A stretch of DNA of 64,000 bases from positions 87,296 through 151,295 of the forward strand of contig CAWGHH010000001.1 in assembly GCA_963822405.1 (NCBI GenBank), given 5' to 3'. The position numbers and the translations under genes were made by a program. A model generated the notes under the pieces. The model did no database searches. It saw only the letters and a program-made list of their open reading frames with translations, and was not told where the DNA came from. Origin of the DNA: Candidatus Uhrbacteria bacterium (lineage in GTDB: Bacteria > Patescibacteriota > Patescibacteriia > UBA9934). Positions within the stretch are counted from its first letter, which is position 1. Each line of letters opens with the position of its first letter. Below, in pieces: positions 9,539-19,568 of the stretch.

Positions 9539-10591
9539 TTCAGAAGAGATTTATAAGCAGTTTGACCCTGAAGATATTGGGTATGGTATTGAGCATTTGC
9601 CAGAGCAGGCAAACATCGCTTGGCACGGCACTCGCGATCTAAAATTTCCCAAAAATTATAGTGAAATTTCGAACATCGTTATTTCCGGCATGGGCGGTTC
9701 GGCCCTGGCCCACATGTTTTGAAAAGTGTGTTTGCTGATAGACTAAATGTTCCTTTTGAACTTGTTAGCGACTACACGCTGCCACATTACGCGAATAAAG
9801 ACTCGCTAGTTATTTTATCTAGTTATTCTGGAACAACTGAGGAAACATTAGCGATTGCCGAACAGGCAAAGGCTGCGAAAGCAAAGATTGCGGTGATTTG
9901 TGCTGGCGGTAAGCTCGCCGAACTAGCTGAGGCAGAAGGCTGGCCAATATATGTTTTCGAGCCTGGCGATTTGGCCAAGCAGCCACGATACGGAACAGGT
10001 TTTTCGCTCGTTGGCATCATGGGCATGCTCGAAAAAATGGGAGTTTTGAAAATCAAAGAAGCGGAAATTTTGTCCATGATGTCAGCGATGGGCGAGGTGA
10101 TTGATAATTGCGCTACTGACGTGCCTGCAAGTGAAAATCCGGCCAAAGAAGTTGCTACAGAAATTGTAAACCGTTCAATTGTCATCATTGCCGCTGAGCA
10201 TCTTTCGGGAAATGCGCATATATTGCAGAATCAAATGAATGAGTCTGCTAAGCAGTTTGCAACCTTTCAGTTATTGCCGGAACTTAACCACCACTTTTTG
10301 GAGGGCTTGTCCTTTCCAGTCGATCAAGCGGCAAACACGACCGCAATTTTGATTAGATCAAACCACTATCATCCTCGAACGCAAAAGCGTTGTGATATTA
10401 CGGCAGACATTCTCGAGAAAAAGGGGATTACAGTGATAGAATATGCCACAAAGGGCGAATCCAGACTTGATGAAGTAGGCGAAGTCCTCCAGTTTGGCAG
10501 CTATGTTGGTCTCTACCTCGCCTTATTGAATGGTGTAGTCACGACTGATACCGCAACTGTCTTCGAACTTAAGAAACGGATGAATGAATAG
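9528..10591 (+). CDS. bifunctional phosphoglucose/phosphomannose isomerase (SIS domain), 1-bp frameshift near 9707
   Basis: GMGGSAL, SSYSGTTEET, QPR, NESAK, PELNHH; split between ORFs 9516..9722 and 9719..10591; one added G restores GGSALGPHVLK. Confidence 0.85.
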
Positions 10592-10594
10592 TTT

Positions 10595-11020
10595 ATGGCC
10601 CTATCTCATCTTGTGTGGAGCAGTGACCTAGAGATTGGTGTGCCGGAGCTTGATGAACAGCACAAGTATTTTTTTGATATAGCCAATAGGATCATTGATT
10701 TACAGGACAAGCTGAATGTCACAAAGGCCGAGATACTCGATGCTATTGGGAAATTAGGTGGTTATTCCATGGATCACTTCGCTACAGAGGAAACTATGTT
10801 GAACCAGTTGGGCGAACCAGCAGTTGAGGCTCATTTAGCAAAGCATGATAAATTTAGAAAAGAAATTAAAGAGTTTATTTTATCGATTGAAGCTTCAGAC
10901 GCCGATGACAAGCAAATTGCCAGCAAGGTAGCTGAGTTTGCCTGTAGCTATGTGAACCATCACATGCTGAACGCGAGAACGGAAAATATTCTGAAGCAAT
11001 TACGAGAATTAAAGAAATAA
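10595..11020 (+). CDS. bacteriohemerythrin, copy 1
   Basis: WSSDLEIGVPELDEQH, HFATEE, HLAKH. Confidence 0.85.
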   Translation: MALSHLVWSSDLEIGVPELDEQHKYFFDIANRIIDLQDKLNVTKAEILDAIGKLGGYSMDHFATEETMLNQLGEPAVEAHLAKHDKFRKEIKEFILSIEASDADDKQIASKVAEFACSYVNHHMLNARTENILKQLRELKK

Positions 11021-11026
11021 ACTATT

Positions 11027-11452
11027 ATGAAATTTCCCCGCTTTGTTTGGACTACTGATCTAGAAATTGGCATGCCTGAACTTGATGAACAGCACAAGTA
11101 TTTTTATGACATTGGCAACATGATTTTGGACCTTCAAGAGAAGCCAGATGTCACGAAGTCAGAAATGCTAACAGCTGTTGGCAAGATGGGTGATTATGCT
11201 TTTTATCACTTTGATACCGAGGAGGTCATGCTAAAACAGCTTAGTGGACCAGATGTTGAAGCTCACTTGGCGAAGCACGTGGCTTTTCGTAAGGAGATTA
11301 AAGATTTCATCGCCTCAATCGAAAGCAAGGACGCTGATGATAAGCAGATCGCCGACGAGGTTGCGGAATTCGCCCATACATACGTCACGAAGCACATGCT
11401 GAGCGCGAGCAAGGAGAATATCCTTAAACAGTTACAAGCGCTAAAGAAATAG
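11027..11452 (+). CDS. bacteriohemerythrin, copy 2 (tandem paralog)
   Basis: WTTDLEIGMPELDEQH, HFDTEE, HLAKH; same length as copy 1. Confidence 0.85.
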   Translation: MKFPRFVWTTDLEIGMPELDEQHKYFYDIGNMILDLQEKPDVTKSEMLTAVGKMGDYAFYHFDTEEVMLKQLSGPDVEAHLAKHVAFRKEIKDFIASIESKDADDKQIADEVAEFAHTYVTKHMLSASKENILKQLQALKK

Positions 11453-11471
11453 AAGAAAGTTACAAAAGAAA

Positions 11472-11503
11472 GACCCCCGTCAGCCGATGCTGCGGGGGTT
11501 TTT
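11472..11503. terminator. terminator between convergent genes
   Basis: ACCCCCG...CGGGGGTTTTT. Confidence 0.65.
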
Positions 11504-11522
11504 GCATGAGTACGCGCAGCTG

Positions 11523-11969
11523 TTACGCCGAGGCACTCATGCGAGAGCGGATCTCCATCAGGAGGACATCCGGCGCGATTGGCATGAAGATCATGCCGTT
11601 CCGCCTGAGCGAGGTGGTGGTTTTTGCATCCACCACCTGCATCTCTTTGTTGTTGATGACGTATGACGCGATGGTAGCCATGAAGACCGGATCAAGCGTT
11701 TCGCGGATGAGGCTGATGTCGGGCTCATCCGGTGGCAGACCGGAGAGTTTCTTCAACGCTGCGCCCGGGCGAACGATGATGAAGAGCTGATCAGGTCCGA
11801 TATCCCGATGGATCTTCCGGCAGTCGCGGACTGCGAGGTCGCTGTAGACCAACCGTTTACCACGTTCGTCATAGCAGGCGCACTGGCGCATGAACAGGTG
11901 CATCGAGTCCACCCTGCGGCCATTTGCCAGGCCATAGGGGATGTTCTCGGGTTTTGGGGTCTTAGGCAT
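11523..11969 (-). CDS. hypothetical protein (GC-rich orphan)
   Basis: ORF with GAGG SD before the ATG at 11969; the ORF track extends it to 12017. Confidence 0.55.
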   Translation of the reverse strand: MPKTPKPENIPYGLANGRRVDSMHLFMRQCACYDERGKRLVYSDLAVRDCRKIHRDIGPDQLFIIVRPGAALKKLSGLPPDEPDISLIRETLDPVFMATIASYVINNKEMQVVDAKTTTSLRRNGMIFMPIAPDVLLMEIRSRMSASA

Positions 11970-12121
11970 GGGGCCTCTGAAGGTGGGAGTAACAGGCACC
12001 TTGTCCGGGATGGACAAGATGGAAGGTTAGCGGAAATTTGAATTAATAGCAAGCTTAGTAACTTGGAGCATAGCTTGTCAGTATTATAAAAAAACGTTAC
12101 TCTGCTTCTGTTTTAGACCAT

Positions 12122-12212
12122 GGAAGGGTCGCATAGTTGGTCTAGTGCGCGGCACTCGAAATGCCGTGTACCCGTAAGGGTACCGCGAGTTCGAATCTCG
12201 CCCCTTCCGCCA
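12122..12212 (+). tRNA. tRNA-Ser(CGA)
   Basis: GGAAGGG/CCCTTCC acceptor stem, anticodon arm CGGCA-CTCGAAA-TGCCG, long variable arm, GTTCGAATC, encoded CCA. Confidence 0.95.
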
Positions 12213-12214
12213 CA

Positions 12215-12241
12215 AAAATACAACCGCGAGGTTGTATTTTT
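12215..12241 (+). terminator. terminator after tRNA-Ser
   Basis: AAATACAACC-GCGA-GGTTGTATTTT. Confidence 0.75.
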
Positions 12242-12271
12242 GTGTCCAAGGTTGATACACTCGAAACATCT

Positions 12272-12727
12272 ATGTCTAATAAGGAGTCAATACCCTGGAA
12301 AATGCTTGCTGGCGTGCCGTTCGTTTTGTTATTGGCGGCGATCGTTGTTCCAATCCAATACGTCTTCCGGCTACTTACGGGAAAATCTTGGGAGACAAAA
12401 GATTTGTTCTTTACGGACGATGAGCTGGTAATTTTGGAGAATGCGACTAATAGTGGAGCCCCGATTTTCGTAAACGGTATCGTTCGCGCGCTCAAGCCGT
12501 TCGAAATAAAATCGTACATTCGTCACTCATGTGAAAGTTGTCCTGATGAATTATATGTAAACGATGTATTTGATCGACCTTGTTTGAGTGCTTCGCGAGA
12601 GATCGGTGCTAATCTTTGGAAAATTAGTTGTTCGCAGCCAGTATTGTGGGGATTGCTCGGCCACATCGGCGCCGACCTTGAGACTTTGAGTGTTGAGGGC
12701 AGGTCACTTGGAAAAACTGAGATTTAG
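12272..12727 (+). CDS. hypothetical protein with N-terminal TM
   Basis: First ATG downstream of the tRNA and terminator. Confidence 0.55.
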   Translation: MSNKESIPWKMLAGVPFVLLLAAIVVPIQYVFRLLTGKSWETKDLFFTDDELVILENATNSGAPIFVNGIVRALKPFEIKSYIRHSCESCPDELYVNDVFDRPCLSASREIGANLWKISCSQPVLWGLLGHIGADLETLSVEGRSLGKTEI

Positions 12728-12728
12728 T

Positions 12729-13805
12729 ATGCGTCGATTGTTATTTGTATGTTTAGTGATTGCGGGACTTGTCGGTAGTTTTGTGATCGGAGCATTTTGG
12801 TCGAAGCATAATTCGCCATCAGCGATTAATACTATTCAAATCCCATCCCTTGCCGATCAAATTATTCGTGACGCACCGCCAATCTGGCAAACGGTGGAGT
12901 TGGATGGATTTAGTGTTGAAGTCCCATATTCGCCAGATTGGACTGTCAGTGGCATCGGGATTTCTGTTGATGACAAATATGATTCAGAGGTATACGGAAT
13001 AAATTTTGGGCGACCGATAAATAATTCGCATAGTGTTGGTAGAGAATATACTTTAACTCAATATCCGCGAGAGGATCTCGACAACGGCCCGGGCGTGATG
13101 GATCATTCCGGTTGTTATGGAGCATCTTCGAGAGCTACGGTTGGAAATGCACGTGGCGTCATGTTTTTTCAAGGTGGTGCCACATGGTGTAGTTTGAATT
13201 TTGCGTTTACGGTTGGTAGTCATACGTATTATTTAGAACAGCGAGTGGACAAATTTGGGTTACCACCAAAAGAGATCGGTGATGAGATGTCGAGAATCAT
13301 TCAGAGCGTCGCCGAACCGGTATATTTGTCACGCGCGACCAAGCAGCTCACTAAAGAACAAGTGTTGAACGGCTTTGACCCATGTGGAGTTCAGTTTTTT
13401 AACGGTTCAATCAGTTTGGACTGGAACGAATTTTTGCGTATCGACGATGAACATCGAAGGACCATCGGTTCGTCTTGGGAGTCGTGGCGAGATTCTTGTG
13501 ATGCGGGGTCATATCTCGAAGCTGATAATATTAAATTCACAGATTTGGACGGTGACGGCATGAATGAGGCGTTAGTTCCGGCGAGAGTAGTCCAAGCATC
13601 AAGTGGCGGGGTAATTTATGTATTTAAGAATGTCGCCGGAGACGCGCGAGTTGTTGATCGTATAGAATTGGGCAAAGGAAACGGCGAAATAACCCTCGTG
13701 AACAAAAATCTAGTGAAGGTTGATTATCAGGAGTTTACCGCTAGCGGATTGATTCCCGCGAAAGCGACATACCGATTCGTTAATGGACATTTCATTAAAC
13801 AATAG
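12729..13805 (+). CDS. hypothetical exported protein (FG-GAP-like DLDGDG motif near the C-terminus)
   Basis: Signal anchor MRRLLFVCLVIAG; FTDLDGDGMNEA. Confidence 0.65.
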   Translation: MRRLLFVCLVIAGLVGSFVIGAFWSKHNSPSAINTIQIPSLADQIIRDAPPIWQTVELDGFSVEVPYSPDWTVSGIGISVDDKYDSEVYGINFGRPINNSHSVGREYTLTQYPREDLDNGPGVMDHSGCYGASSRATVGNARGVMFFQGGATWCSLNFAFTVGSHTYYLEQRVDKFGLPPKEIGDEMSRIIQSVAEPVYLSRATKQLTKEQVLNGFDPCGVQFFNGSISLDWNEFLRIDDEHRRTIGSSWESWRDSCDAGSYLEADNIKFTDLDGDGMNEALVPARVVQASSGGVIYVFKNVAGDARVVDRIELGKGNGEITLVNKNLVKVDYQEFTASGLIPAKATYRFVNGHFIKQ

Positions 13806-13816
13806 ATCGGACTAAT

Positions 13817-14446
13817 ATGCCTCCTAAAATTCTGCTTATTCACGGTTTTGCGGTTGGGTTAAGCTCGCCAATTTTACGGTGCAAGCTTGGACCAGAGGCG
13901 GAGTTTTTAGCATTTAAGGATGACATAGCAGATGGTTTGGCGCGAGTTTTCAAGTGGGGGATTCAGGCGAGAGTTGCTTGGAGCCAGCTATTAAACCCAT
14001 TTTACATCTATCGTCACTATAAATTGGAACGTGCCATGGCACTCGATGAGGCGACCCATGAACAATTGCAGATCGAGCTCGAACAAATGCAACCAGAAGT
14101 TATTGTTTGTCATTCAATGGGCTGTGTACTTTTGCAAGCGCATTTATTGGCCTTCAAGCTTCCGTCGAGCGTTCGGGCGATTGTGTTTGTGCAGTCTGAT
14201 TCGGAATTTGGCGCGCGCGTTGATGTGTCTGTACCTGTATACAATTTGTATTGTCCGTGGGATCCAACACTAATTGCCTCTTCACTTACTCGTGGCCAAT
14301 GGTGTGCAGGCTTGCGACCAATGAAGTCACGCGGAACACATAATAGATTGTTTCCTCTTTATCGGTTGCCAAATTTACATACGTCGAGTATCAGGGGAGC
14401 CCAATTGAAACAGTTCGTTCGAACATTGAATCAGAAACATGTCTAA
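13817..14446 (+). CDS. alpha/beta hydrolase fold protein
   Basis: LLIHGF and CHSMG nucleophile elbow. Confidence 0.7.
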   Translation: MPPKILLIHGFAVGLSSPILRCKLGPEAEFLAFKDDIADGLARVFKWGIQARVAWSQLLNPFYIYRHYKLERAMALDEATHEQLQIELEQMQPEVIVCHSMGCVLLQAHLLAFKLPSSVRAIVFVQSDSEFGARVDVSVPVYNLYCPWDPTLIASSLTRGQWCAGLRPMKSRGTHNRLFPLYRLPNLHTSSIRGAQLKQFVRTLNQKHV

Positions 14447-14690
14447 TAACACCGAGTGGTCTGTATACATTGTCCGTTGTTGCGACGGTAGTTTGTATAC
14501 TGGAATTTCAACGGATGTTGAGGCGCGCATAAAAAAGCATAACTCCGGTAAAGGGGCGGCGTACACCAGGAGTCATTTGCCGGTTACTCTTGTTTGGTGC
14601 GAGCTTGCTGATTCGGGATCAGCCGCTCGAAAAAGGGAGGTTGAAATCAAGAAATTATCAAAGGTTGAAAAAGAACGTTTAGTTAAATAG
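14439..14690 (+). CDS. GIY-YIG nuclease family protein (UPF0213)
   Basis: VYIVRCCDGSLYTGIS...HNSGKGAAYTR...ARKREVEIKKL. Confidence 0.9.
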   Translation: MSNNTEWSVYIVRCCDGSLYTGISTDVEARIKKHNSGKGAAYTRSHLPVTLVWCELADSGSAARKREVEIKKLSKVEKERLVK

Positions 14691-14729
14691 AGAAGCCCCA
14701 CGTCGAATTTCGGCGAGGGGCTAGCAAGG

Positions 14730-15077
14730 TCACGATGCTTCGACGTGGTATTTGGCGAGCGCCACGTGTTCGTAGAGCGCGGCTGGTTCGATCATGACCA
14801 CGGGGTCTGCGACGTACTTCCAGGGGCCTTCGTACCTGGTCGTCACTTTGACGAGCAACGGGAAGGCGTTGTCTTTTGCGTCTTCCAAACTGCGCGTCCA
14901 GACGGCTCGGATGCCATCCTTGTCGCACAACACAAAGGCGACGAGAGGGCGGGGACCGCCATCTTCCCGACCAGACACAAGGTCAACTATCCACTTCTCC
15001 GCCTTGCGATCACTGTCTGCCATGGCCGTGCCCATGCACGAATTGGCAACATCTTCACAGAAGAGAAACAGTTTCAT
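14730..15077 (-). CDS. hypothetical protein (GC-rich orphan)
   Basis: GGAG SD and its own promoter at 15127..15155. Confidence 0.6.
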   Translation of the reverse strand: MKLFLFCEDVANSCMGTAMADSDRKAEKWIVDLVSGREDGGPRPLVAFVLCDKDGIRAVWTRSLEDAKDNAFPLLVKVTTRYEGPWKYVADPVVMIEPAALYEHVALAKYHVEAS

Positions 15078-15126
15078 TGTGTTCTCCGGTTGGTGGTTGG
15101 TCAGAAAGGTTAGTCGCCGACGGGGG

Positions 15127-15155
15127 ACGTTAGTCGAGTTTTGCCTTGAAGTCAA
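15127..15155 (-). promoter_or_regulatory. sigma70-like promoter TTGACT-N17-TAACGT
   Basis: Near-consensus hexamers with 17-bp spacing. Confidence 0.5.
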
Positions 15156-15159
15156 TTCG

Positions 15160-15858
15160 TTAATCGCTATTCGTGTTTGAATGCCACCACAACTGCGCTT
15201 CACTAGGTTTTGTATAAATGGTCGGCTTGGTGGTTGGTCGAGTATCGGTATCGTCAATCATACCAAGTACGCGCATGGTTGTTTCGACCCAGGCAATATG
15301 TCGAGCGATTGCTGCCTCATCACGTTGTCCAAGTTCACCCGACTCAGCCATGATGTAGTTTTTGCCTTGGCGGGCGAGTTGTCCTGGTTTTGAGAATCTA
15401 CCTGTACGCTCGAAAACAATTTTGTCGGTGTCGAGTCGTTCGATGAGTGTACGGGTCAAGGCGTCGACCTCGCTAACTCCAGTTTCAAACAGCCAAACGA
15501 ACGGAATTAGTCTTTCGTCGCTCGCACCACCGTGGAGGTCGTGCCAAACGTCGGCTTGCGAAACGAAATTGGTTGATAGACGGTGCACGAGTCTTGACGT
15601 CGACGATCCCCACGAGCGACCGGGGTAGATATTCTTTGGAAATTTTCCGTCGAGTGGATTCTGGCTACTCTTGTTTTTGAAACCAGCGACATTAACAATC
15701 GGGATCACAATTAATCGACCAGAAAAATTTCCGGCTTTGTATTGATCCGCAATTTGCTTAGCCGCCTCTATCCCGGCATACTCATCACCATCCATTCCAC
15801 CGGTCACAAGCAATGTTTTACCTGGTCGAATACCTGGAATTACAATAGACTCGAACAT
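15160..15858 (-). CDS. succinylglutamate desuccinylase/aspartoacylase family (M14-like) protein
   Basis: TGGMDGDEYAG, IPIVN, YPG, DLHGG, ESGE. Confidence 0.8.
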   Translation of the reverse strand: MFESIVIPGIRPGKTLLVTGGMDGDEYAGIEAAKQIADQYKAGNFSGRLIVIPIVNVAGFKNKSSQNPLDGKFPKNIYPGRSWGSSTSRLVHRLSTNFVSQADVWHDLHGGASDERLIPFVWLFETGVSEVDALTRTLIERLDTDKIVFERTGRFSKPGQLARQGKNYIMAESGELGQRDEAAIARHIAWVETTMRVLGMIDDTDTRPTTKPTIYTKPSEAQLWWHSNTNSD

Positions 15859-15880
15859 AGTTGCCTCATTTTACTCCATT

Positions 15881-17278
15881 ATGGACGAAGCTGGTCAAGA
15901 ATTACGGTTTCTGGCCGAATCCCAAGCCGACCGCCTGCGACTATTTAGACGTTGGGTTGAAAAGAATCCCGACTCGACCAGAAAAGGTGCCCGCGAGACC
16001 GCGTTATCGGTAGTCGTCAGACTCGAAGAATATGTCACGGCAATCATTCAGGAACTCGACAATGGTTCATTTGACACGGCCGATTTATCAGCTCGACTAC
16101 GCACTTTACAGGGTTTAGTCGCCGCCGTTTGTGCCTCACTCGACTGGCAGTCGCCGTCATTTTTACACTCGCTCAATTCCGAAGCTGGTACGCAAACGGG
16201 GATTGTCGAGGGAACAATCAGCGACTACAAGCGCGATCATCATTTTGACGCGGAAGAGTACGAGCGTAAGTTTGTTAGGGCGTACGTCGACAAGCTTTCG
16301 CCGTTGCCAGTTCATGCTTTTGTTACTTCGAGCGGTATGTCAGCGTTTACAACGCTCGTGGTGGGTTTGCAAATGGAAGGCGTACTTCCTGGGCCGATAA
16401 TTCTTGGACGATCATGTTACTTTGAAAATAAAATGGTGCTTCACAAGATGTTTCAAGGTTGTATTACCGAAGTCGACGAACAGAATATCAACGAGATACT
16501 TGAGGCGGTTAAAACTAAACAACCGGCGGTAATTTTTCTTGATTCGATTTGTAACACGGAGACTTTGGCAATGCCAGATTTAGCCAAGCTTCTTCCTGCA
16601 CTTGTCTCGGCCTGTTCGAAGAACACATATCTCGTTCTTGATAATAGCGGCCTCGGCCCCGTTTGCCAGCCGTTGCGGCTCATGCCAATTTTGCCATCTA
16701 AACTAAAGCTTTATGTTTTTGAAAGCCTAAATAAACATCATCAATTTGGACTTGATCGAGTGACCGGTGGAATTATTTGGACGCAGGAAATTTTCTCCGG
16801 TTGGTTACAGAGCGCGCGTATGCATCTTGGGACGAATATTCCAGACGCTAGCGTGCTCGCGTTACCGGAACCAAATCGTCAGCTACTAGATACTCGACTA
16901 GCTTTGATAGAGCGAAATGCCCTGTTGGTCGCGCGAGCACTTGATGAACATATCAAAGCTTTACCGAATACTTCGTTCTTGCAAGCTGTTTGCCCTGGTC
17001 GTGGCGCGAGTTTGGTGCTCAAGTTCAAAGTAGATAAGAACGTTGTTCGGCTTTCTAAACAATTTATCGACCTCGCTATTAAGGAAGCTCGAGGGAGCGG
17101 CATCGACCTAACGGCTGGCACAAGTTTTGGTCTGAACACGACCCGGGTTTATCTGACGGCTTTATACGGTACAAAAGTAACTTCGCCCTTTCTTCGCCTT
17201 TCAATTGGCACCGAGTCACCGGCCGACCTTGAAAAATTGATTGAAGTATTCAAGCGTGTAATTATTGACTTGCGATAG
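15881..17278 (+). CDS. PLP-dependent transferase, Cys/Met metabolism family
   Basis: TSSGMSA, VLDNS, ESLNK lysine motif, SFG, LRLSIGTE. Confidence 0.75.
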   Translation: MDEAGQELRFLAESQADRLRLFRRWVEKNPDSTRKGARETALSVVVRLEEYVTAIIQELDNGSFDTADLSARLRTLQGLVAAVCASLDWQSPSFLHSLNSEAGTQTGIVEGTISDYKRDHHFDAEEYERKFVRAYVDKLSPLPVHAFVTSSGMSAFTTLVVGLQMEGVLPGPIILGRSCYFENKMVLHKMFQGCITEVDEQNINEILEAVKTKQPAVIFLDSICNTETLAMPDLAKLLPALVSACSKNTYLVLDNSGLGPVCQPLRLMPILPSKLKLYVFESLNKHHQFGLDRVTGGIIWTQEIFSGWLQSARMHLGTNIPDASVLALPEPNRQLLDTRLALIERNALLVARALDEHIKALPNTSFLQAVCPGRGASLVLKFKVDKNVVRLSKQFIDLAIKEARGSGIDLTAGTSFGLNTTRVYLTALYGTKVTSPFLRLSIGTESPADLEKLIEVFKRVIIDLR

Positions 17279-17320
17279 TTTTTTCGCTAAGGTCAGCCAG
17301 GCTTAATCACGGGGGCTAAG

Positions 17321-18019
17321 ATGATTCATGCTTGGGGGGCTTCTGCTAAGACGCAATATAGGGAAAAAGAGGAAAATGAGGACGCCTTCGCTATTGGCAA
17401 GAACGTTTTTGCGGTGGCGGATGGCGTGGGGAGTTCGGTGAATGCCCACTTGGCCAGTCGGCTGACGGCCGATGAGCTGGTGAGACAGGTGCCGTTGCAA
17501 GCTTTTCCACCTGATCAAACCGTGTTTTTGCGGATGATGAAGGGGTTGAGCAAACAAGTTGAGGAACAGTGCCCAAAGGGGAAGTCTACCGGTGTGGCTG
17601 CCTGGTTTCCTCAGCTTGATGGGCCAGAGCTTCCGTTTCTTGGTCTTTCGCTTGGGGATTCACGAGCGTATTTGCTCAAGCCGAGTTCGGGAATGATGAC
17701 GCAACTCTCCAAAGACCAGATCATCAACAAGAAAGATGAAACGGGGAAGATGCGGAAGTACGTCACTTCAACTTTTGGTGGGTTCGCTTGGTCGCCTTAC
17801 ACAAGCCCACTTTTTCACGGAACGCTTCGTCAGGGGGAGTGGTTACTTCTCATGACTGACGGGGTGTGGGGCTATGTTGAACGTCACCGCGAGCGATTTC
17901 TGAACGGTTGCGTGAACGGGATAAGACGAAAACCGCAGAGAACGCTGAATCAGTTTGTGATCACCGCTTCAAACAGCCGCTGCGATGACGCAACTATCGT
18001 CGTCATCAAGCACGAGTGA
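17321..18019 (+). CDS. PP2C family Ser/Thr phosphatase
   Basis: ENEDA, AVADGVG, LGDSRAY, MTDGV, DDAT. Confidence 0.9.
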   Translation: MIHAWGASAKTQYREKEENEDAFAIGKNVFAVADGVGSSVNAHLASRLTADELVRQVPLQAFPPDQTVFLRMMKGLSKQVEEQCPKGKSTGVAAWFPQLDGPELPFLGLSLGDSRAYLLKPSSGMMTQLSKDQIINKKDETGKMRKYVTSTFGGFAWSPYTSPLFHGTLRQGEWLLLMTDGVWGYVERHRERFLNGCVNGIRRKPQRTLNQFVITASNSRCDDATIVVIKHE

Positions 18020-18652
18020 GGCGCGCGTGTCCGGCCGGGGCTTTGCCTCGGTCGGCTTTTGTTTATAGAGAGCAAGGGCGTTATATTGGAAGGTCCAGGA
18101 ACTTTCGCGCGTAAAGCGCTGGTCGAATTTTGCAAAGAGAGAGGAATTCTCGAAAGCATTTATTAAGAGTTTGCCACTTGGCGAAAGTTTTTGGGAAATT
18201 GCGTTCAGAAATTCTGCTTGTTCTAAAATTGGAGCAGTTTTGTTTCCTTTATAGAGGTCGACGACTATAAGATCGAACTCGTCATTAAGCTTTGGCACAA
18301 CGTCAGTTACGTCGCCAATAATCACTTCGCAAGCTGATCGGTCGAATAATTCTAGCTCTTTCGCTATGTTCACCATGATTGCATCGTAATCAACGGCGAT
18401 GATTGACGGATTTTTAAATCGGGAATGTAGGTCGTTAACAATGCTGCCCGCGCCGAGGCCAAGGAGAAGGACTCGACCAGTTATAAAGTTTGGTGGCAAT
18501 CTACGTAGCGCATCTCGCCACATTTTTCTGATGTAGGGAGACGATTGATCATAACCCTCTACAAACACCCACCATTGACCAAAGAATCTCCGACAAACAA
18601 TAAACCCGTTGTTCGGGGAGTAGTAATGTTTACCTTCAAAAAGCCAGGACAT
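17969..18652 (-). CDS. SAM-dependent methyltransferase (spermidine synthase-like)
   Basis: VLLLGLGAGS, FDLIVVDLY, LSPSGKLLIN. Confidence 0.8.
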   Translation of the reverse strand: MSWLFEGKHYYSPNNGFIVCRRFFGQWWVFVEGYDQSSPYIRKMWRDALRRLPPNFITGRVLLLGLGAGSIVNDLHSRFKNPSIIAVDYDAIMVNIAKELELFDRSACEVIIGDVTDVVPKLNDEFDLIVVDLYKGNKTAPILEQAEFLNAISQKLSPSGKLLINAFENSSLFAKFDQRFTRESSWTFQYNALALYKQKPTEAKPRPDTRASLVLDDDDSCVIAAAV

Positions 18653-18677
18653 GCAAAGAATGTTACACTGTTAGCAT

Positions 18678-19553
18678 ATGTTGCGACAATTGTTTTACTG
18701 GTGGCTTGGGTTAGGAATTTTGTTTGCGAATAAAATTCGCTATAGAATCACTGGCTATCACCGCCCGCGCGAGTTCTCTATTGATGATACAAATCGGGCA
18801 GTAAAATATGACCATGAGATAGTAGAGGGTTGGGAGAAAACACTGGCTGAAAAAGGTTTTGGCTCCGATCCCTTTGCCGGCAAGCGAATCCTTGAGCTTG
18901 GACCAGGCGCTGACCTTGGCGTAGGCCTAATTTTAGTGGCGAAGGGCGCAGATTCCTATACCGCTTATGACAAAAACCCACTGGCCGACCGTGCGCCAAA
19001 GGAATTGCATAACGCCGTGATTGATTCGATTAATAATGCCGGTGCCAGAGCGCGAGCCGCCGAGGCACTTTCAGCTTATGAGCTTAAACAGCCAACCGCC
19101 CTTAACTTTAAGCAGGACGATTCGTTTTCATTGAAGTGGGTTCCTGATGAAAGTGTCGATTTGGTAGTTAGTAACGCCGCCTTTGAACATTTTGAACGCG
19201 TGCCAGAAATTTTGACTCAGGTTGCTCGCGCTTTAGCTCCAGGCGGTGCTTTTGTTGCCAAGGTCGATCTCCAGACTCACACTCGAGTGCTACGCGACCG
19301 GGATCCGCTGAATGTTTACAGATATCCTCGCCTACTTTATAGACTGGCAAAGTTTTCTGGTATTCCGAATCGTGTTCGACCAGCAGTGTATGAGAAGACT
19401 TTAAAGGATCTTGGCTTAACACTTGTAGAGATTATTCCAGACGGCGTGATGGACGAGCAACAACTCAGGCGGGACAAGCCATATATGCGACGTCGTTTTA
19501 GAAAAGATCCCACCCTCGGCTATTTAAGTTTCACCGTGATCGGGAAGAAGTGA
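18678..19553 (+). CDS. class I SAM-dependent methyltransferase
   Basis: ILELGPG, DLVVSNAAFEH, LAPGG. Confidence 0.85.
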   Translation: MLRQLFYWWLGLGILFANKIRYRITGYHRPREFSIDDTNRAVKYDHEIVEGWEKTLAEKGFGSDPFAGKRILELGPGADLGVGLILVAKGADSYTAYDKNPLADRAPKELHNAVIDSINNAGARARAAEALSAYELKQPTALNFKQDDSFSLKWVPDESVDLVVSNAAFEHFERVPEILTQVARALAPGGAFVAKVDLQTHTRVLRDRDPLNVYRYPRLLYRLAKFSGIPNRVRPAVYEKTLKDLGLTLVEIIPDGVMDEQQLRRDKPYMRRRFRKDPTLGYLSFTVIGKK

Positions 19554-19568
19554 TAGAATGAACTCAAT

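Noticed and set aside
9516-10591. UGA recoding (genetic code 25) or programmed frameshifting to explain split genes
   Set aside because: The halves lie in different frames, so readthrough would not join them; conserved genes such as ruvB end normally at TGA; no slippery-site pattern is shared.
14439-14690. GIY-YIG protein as the mobiliser of the repeats
   Set aside because: It is a typical stand-alone UPF0213 protein and is not flanked by either repeat family.
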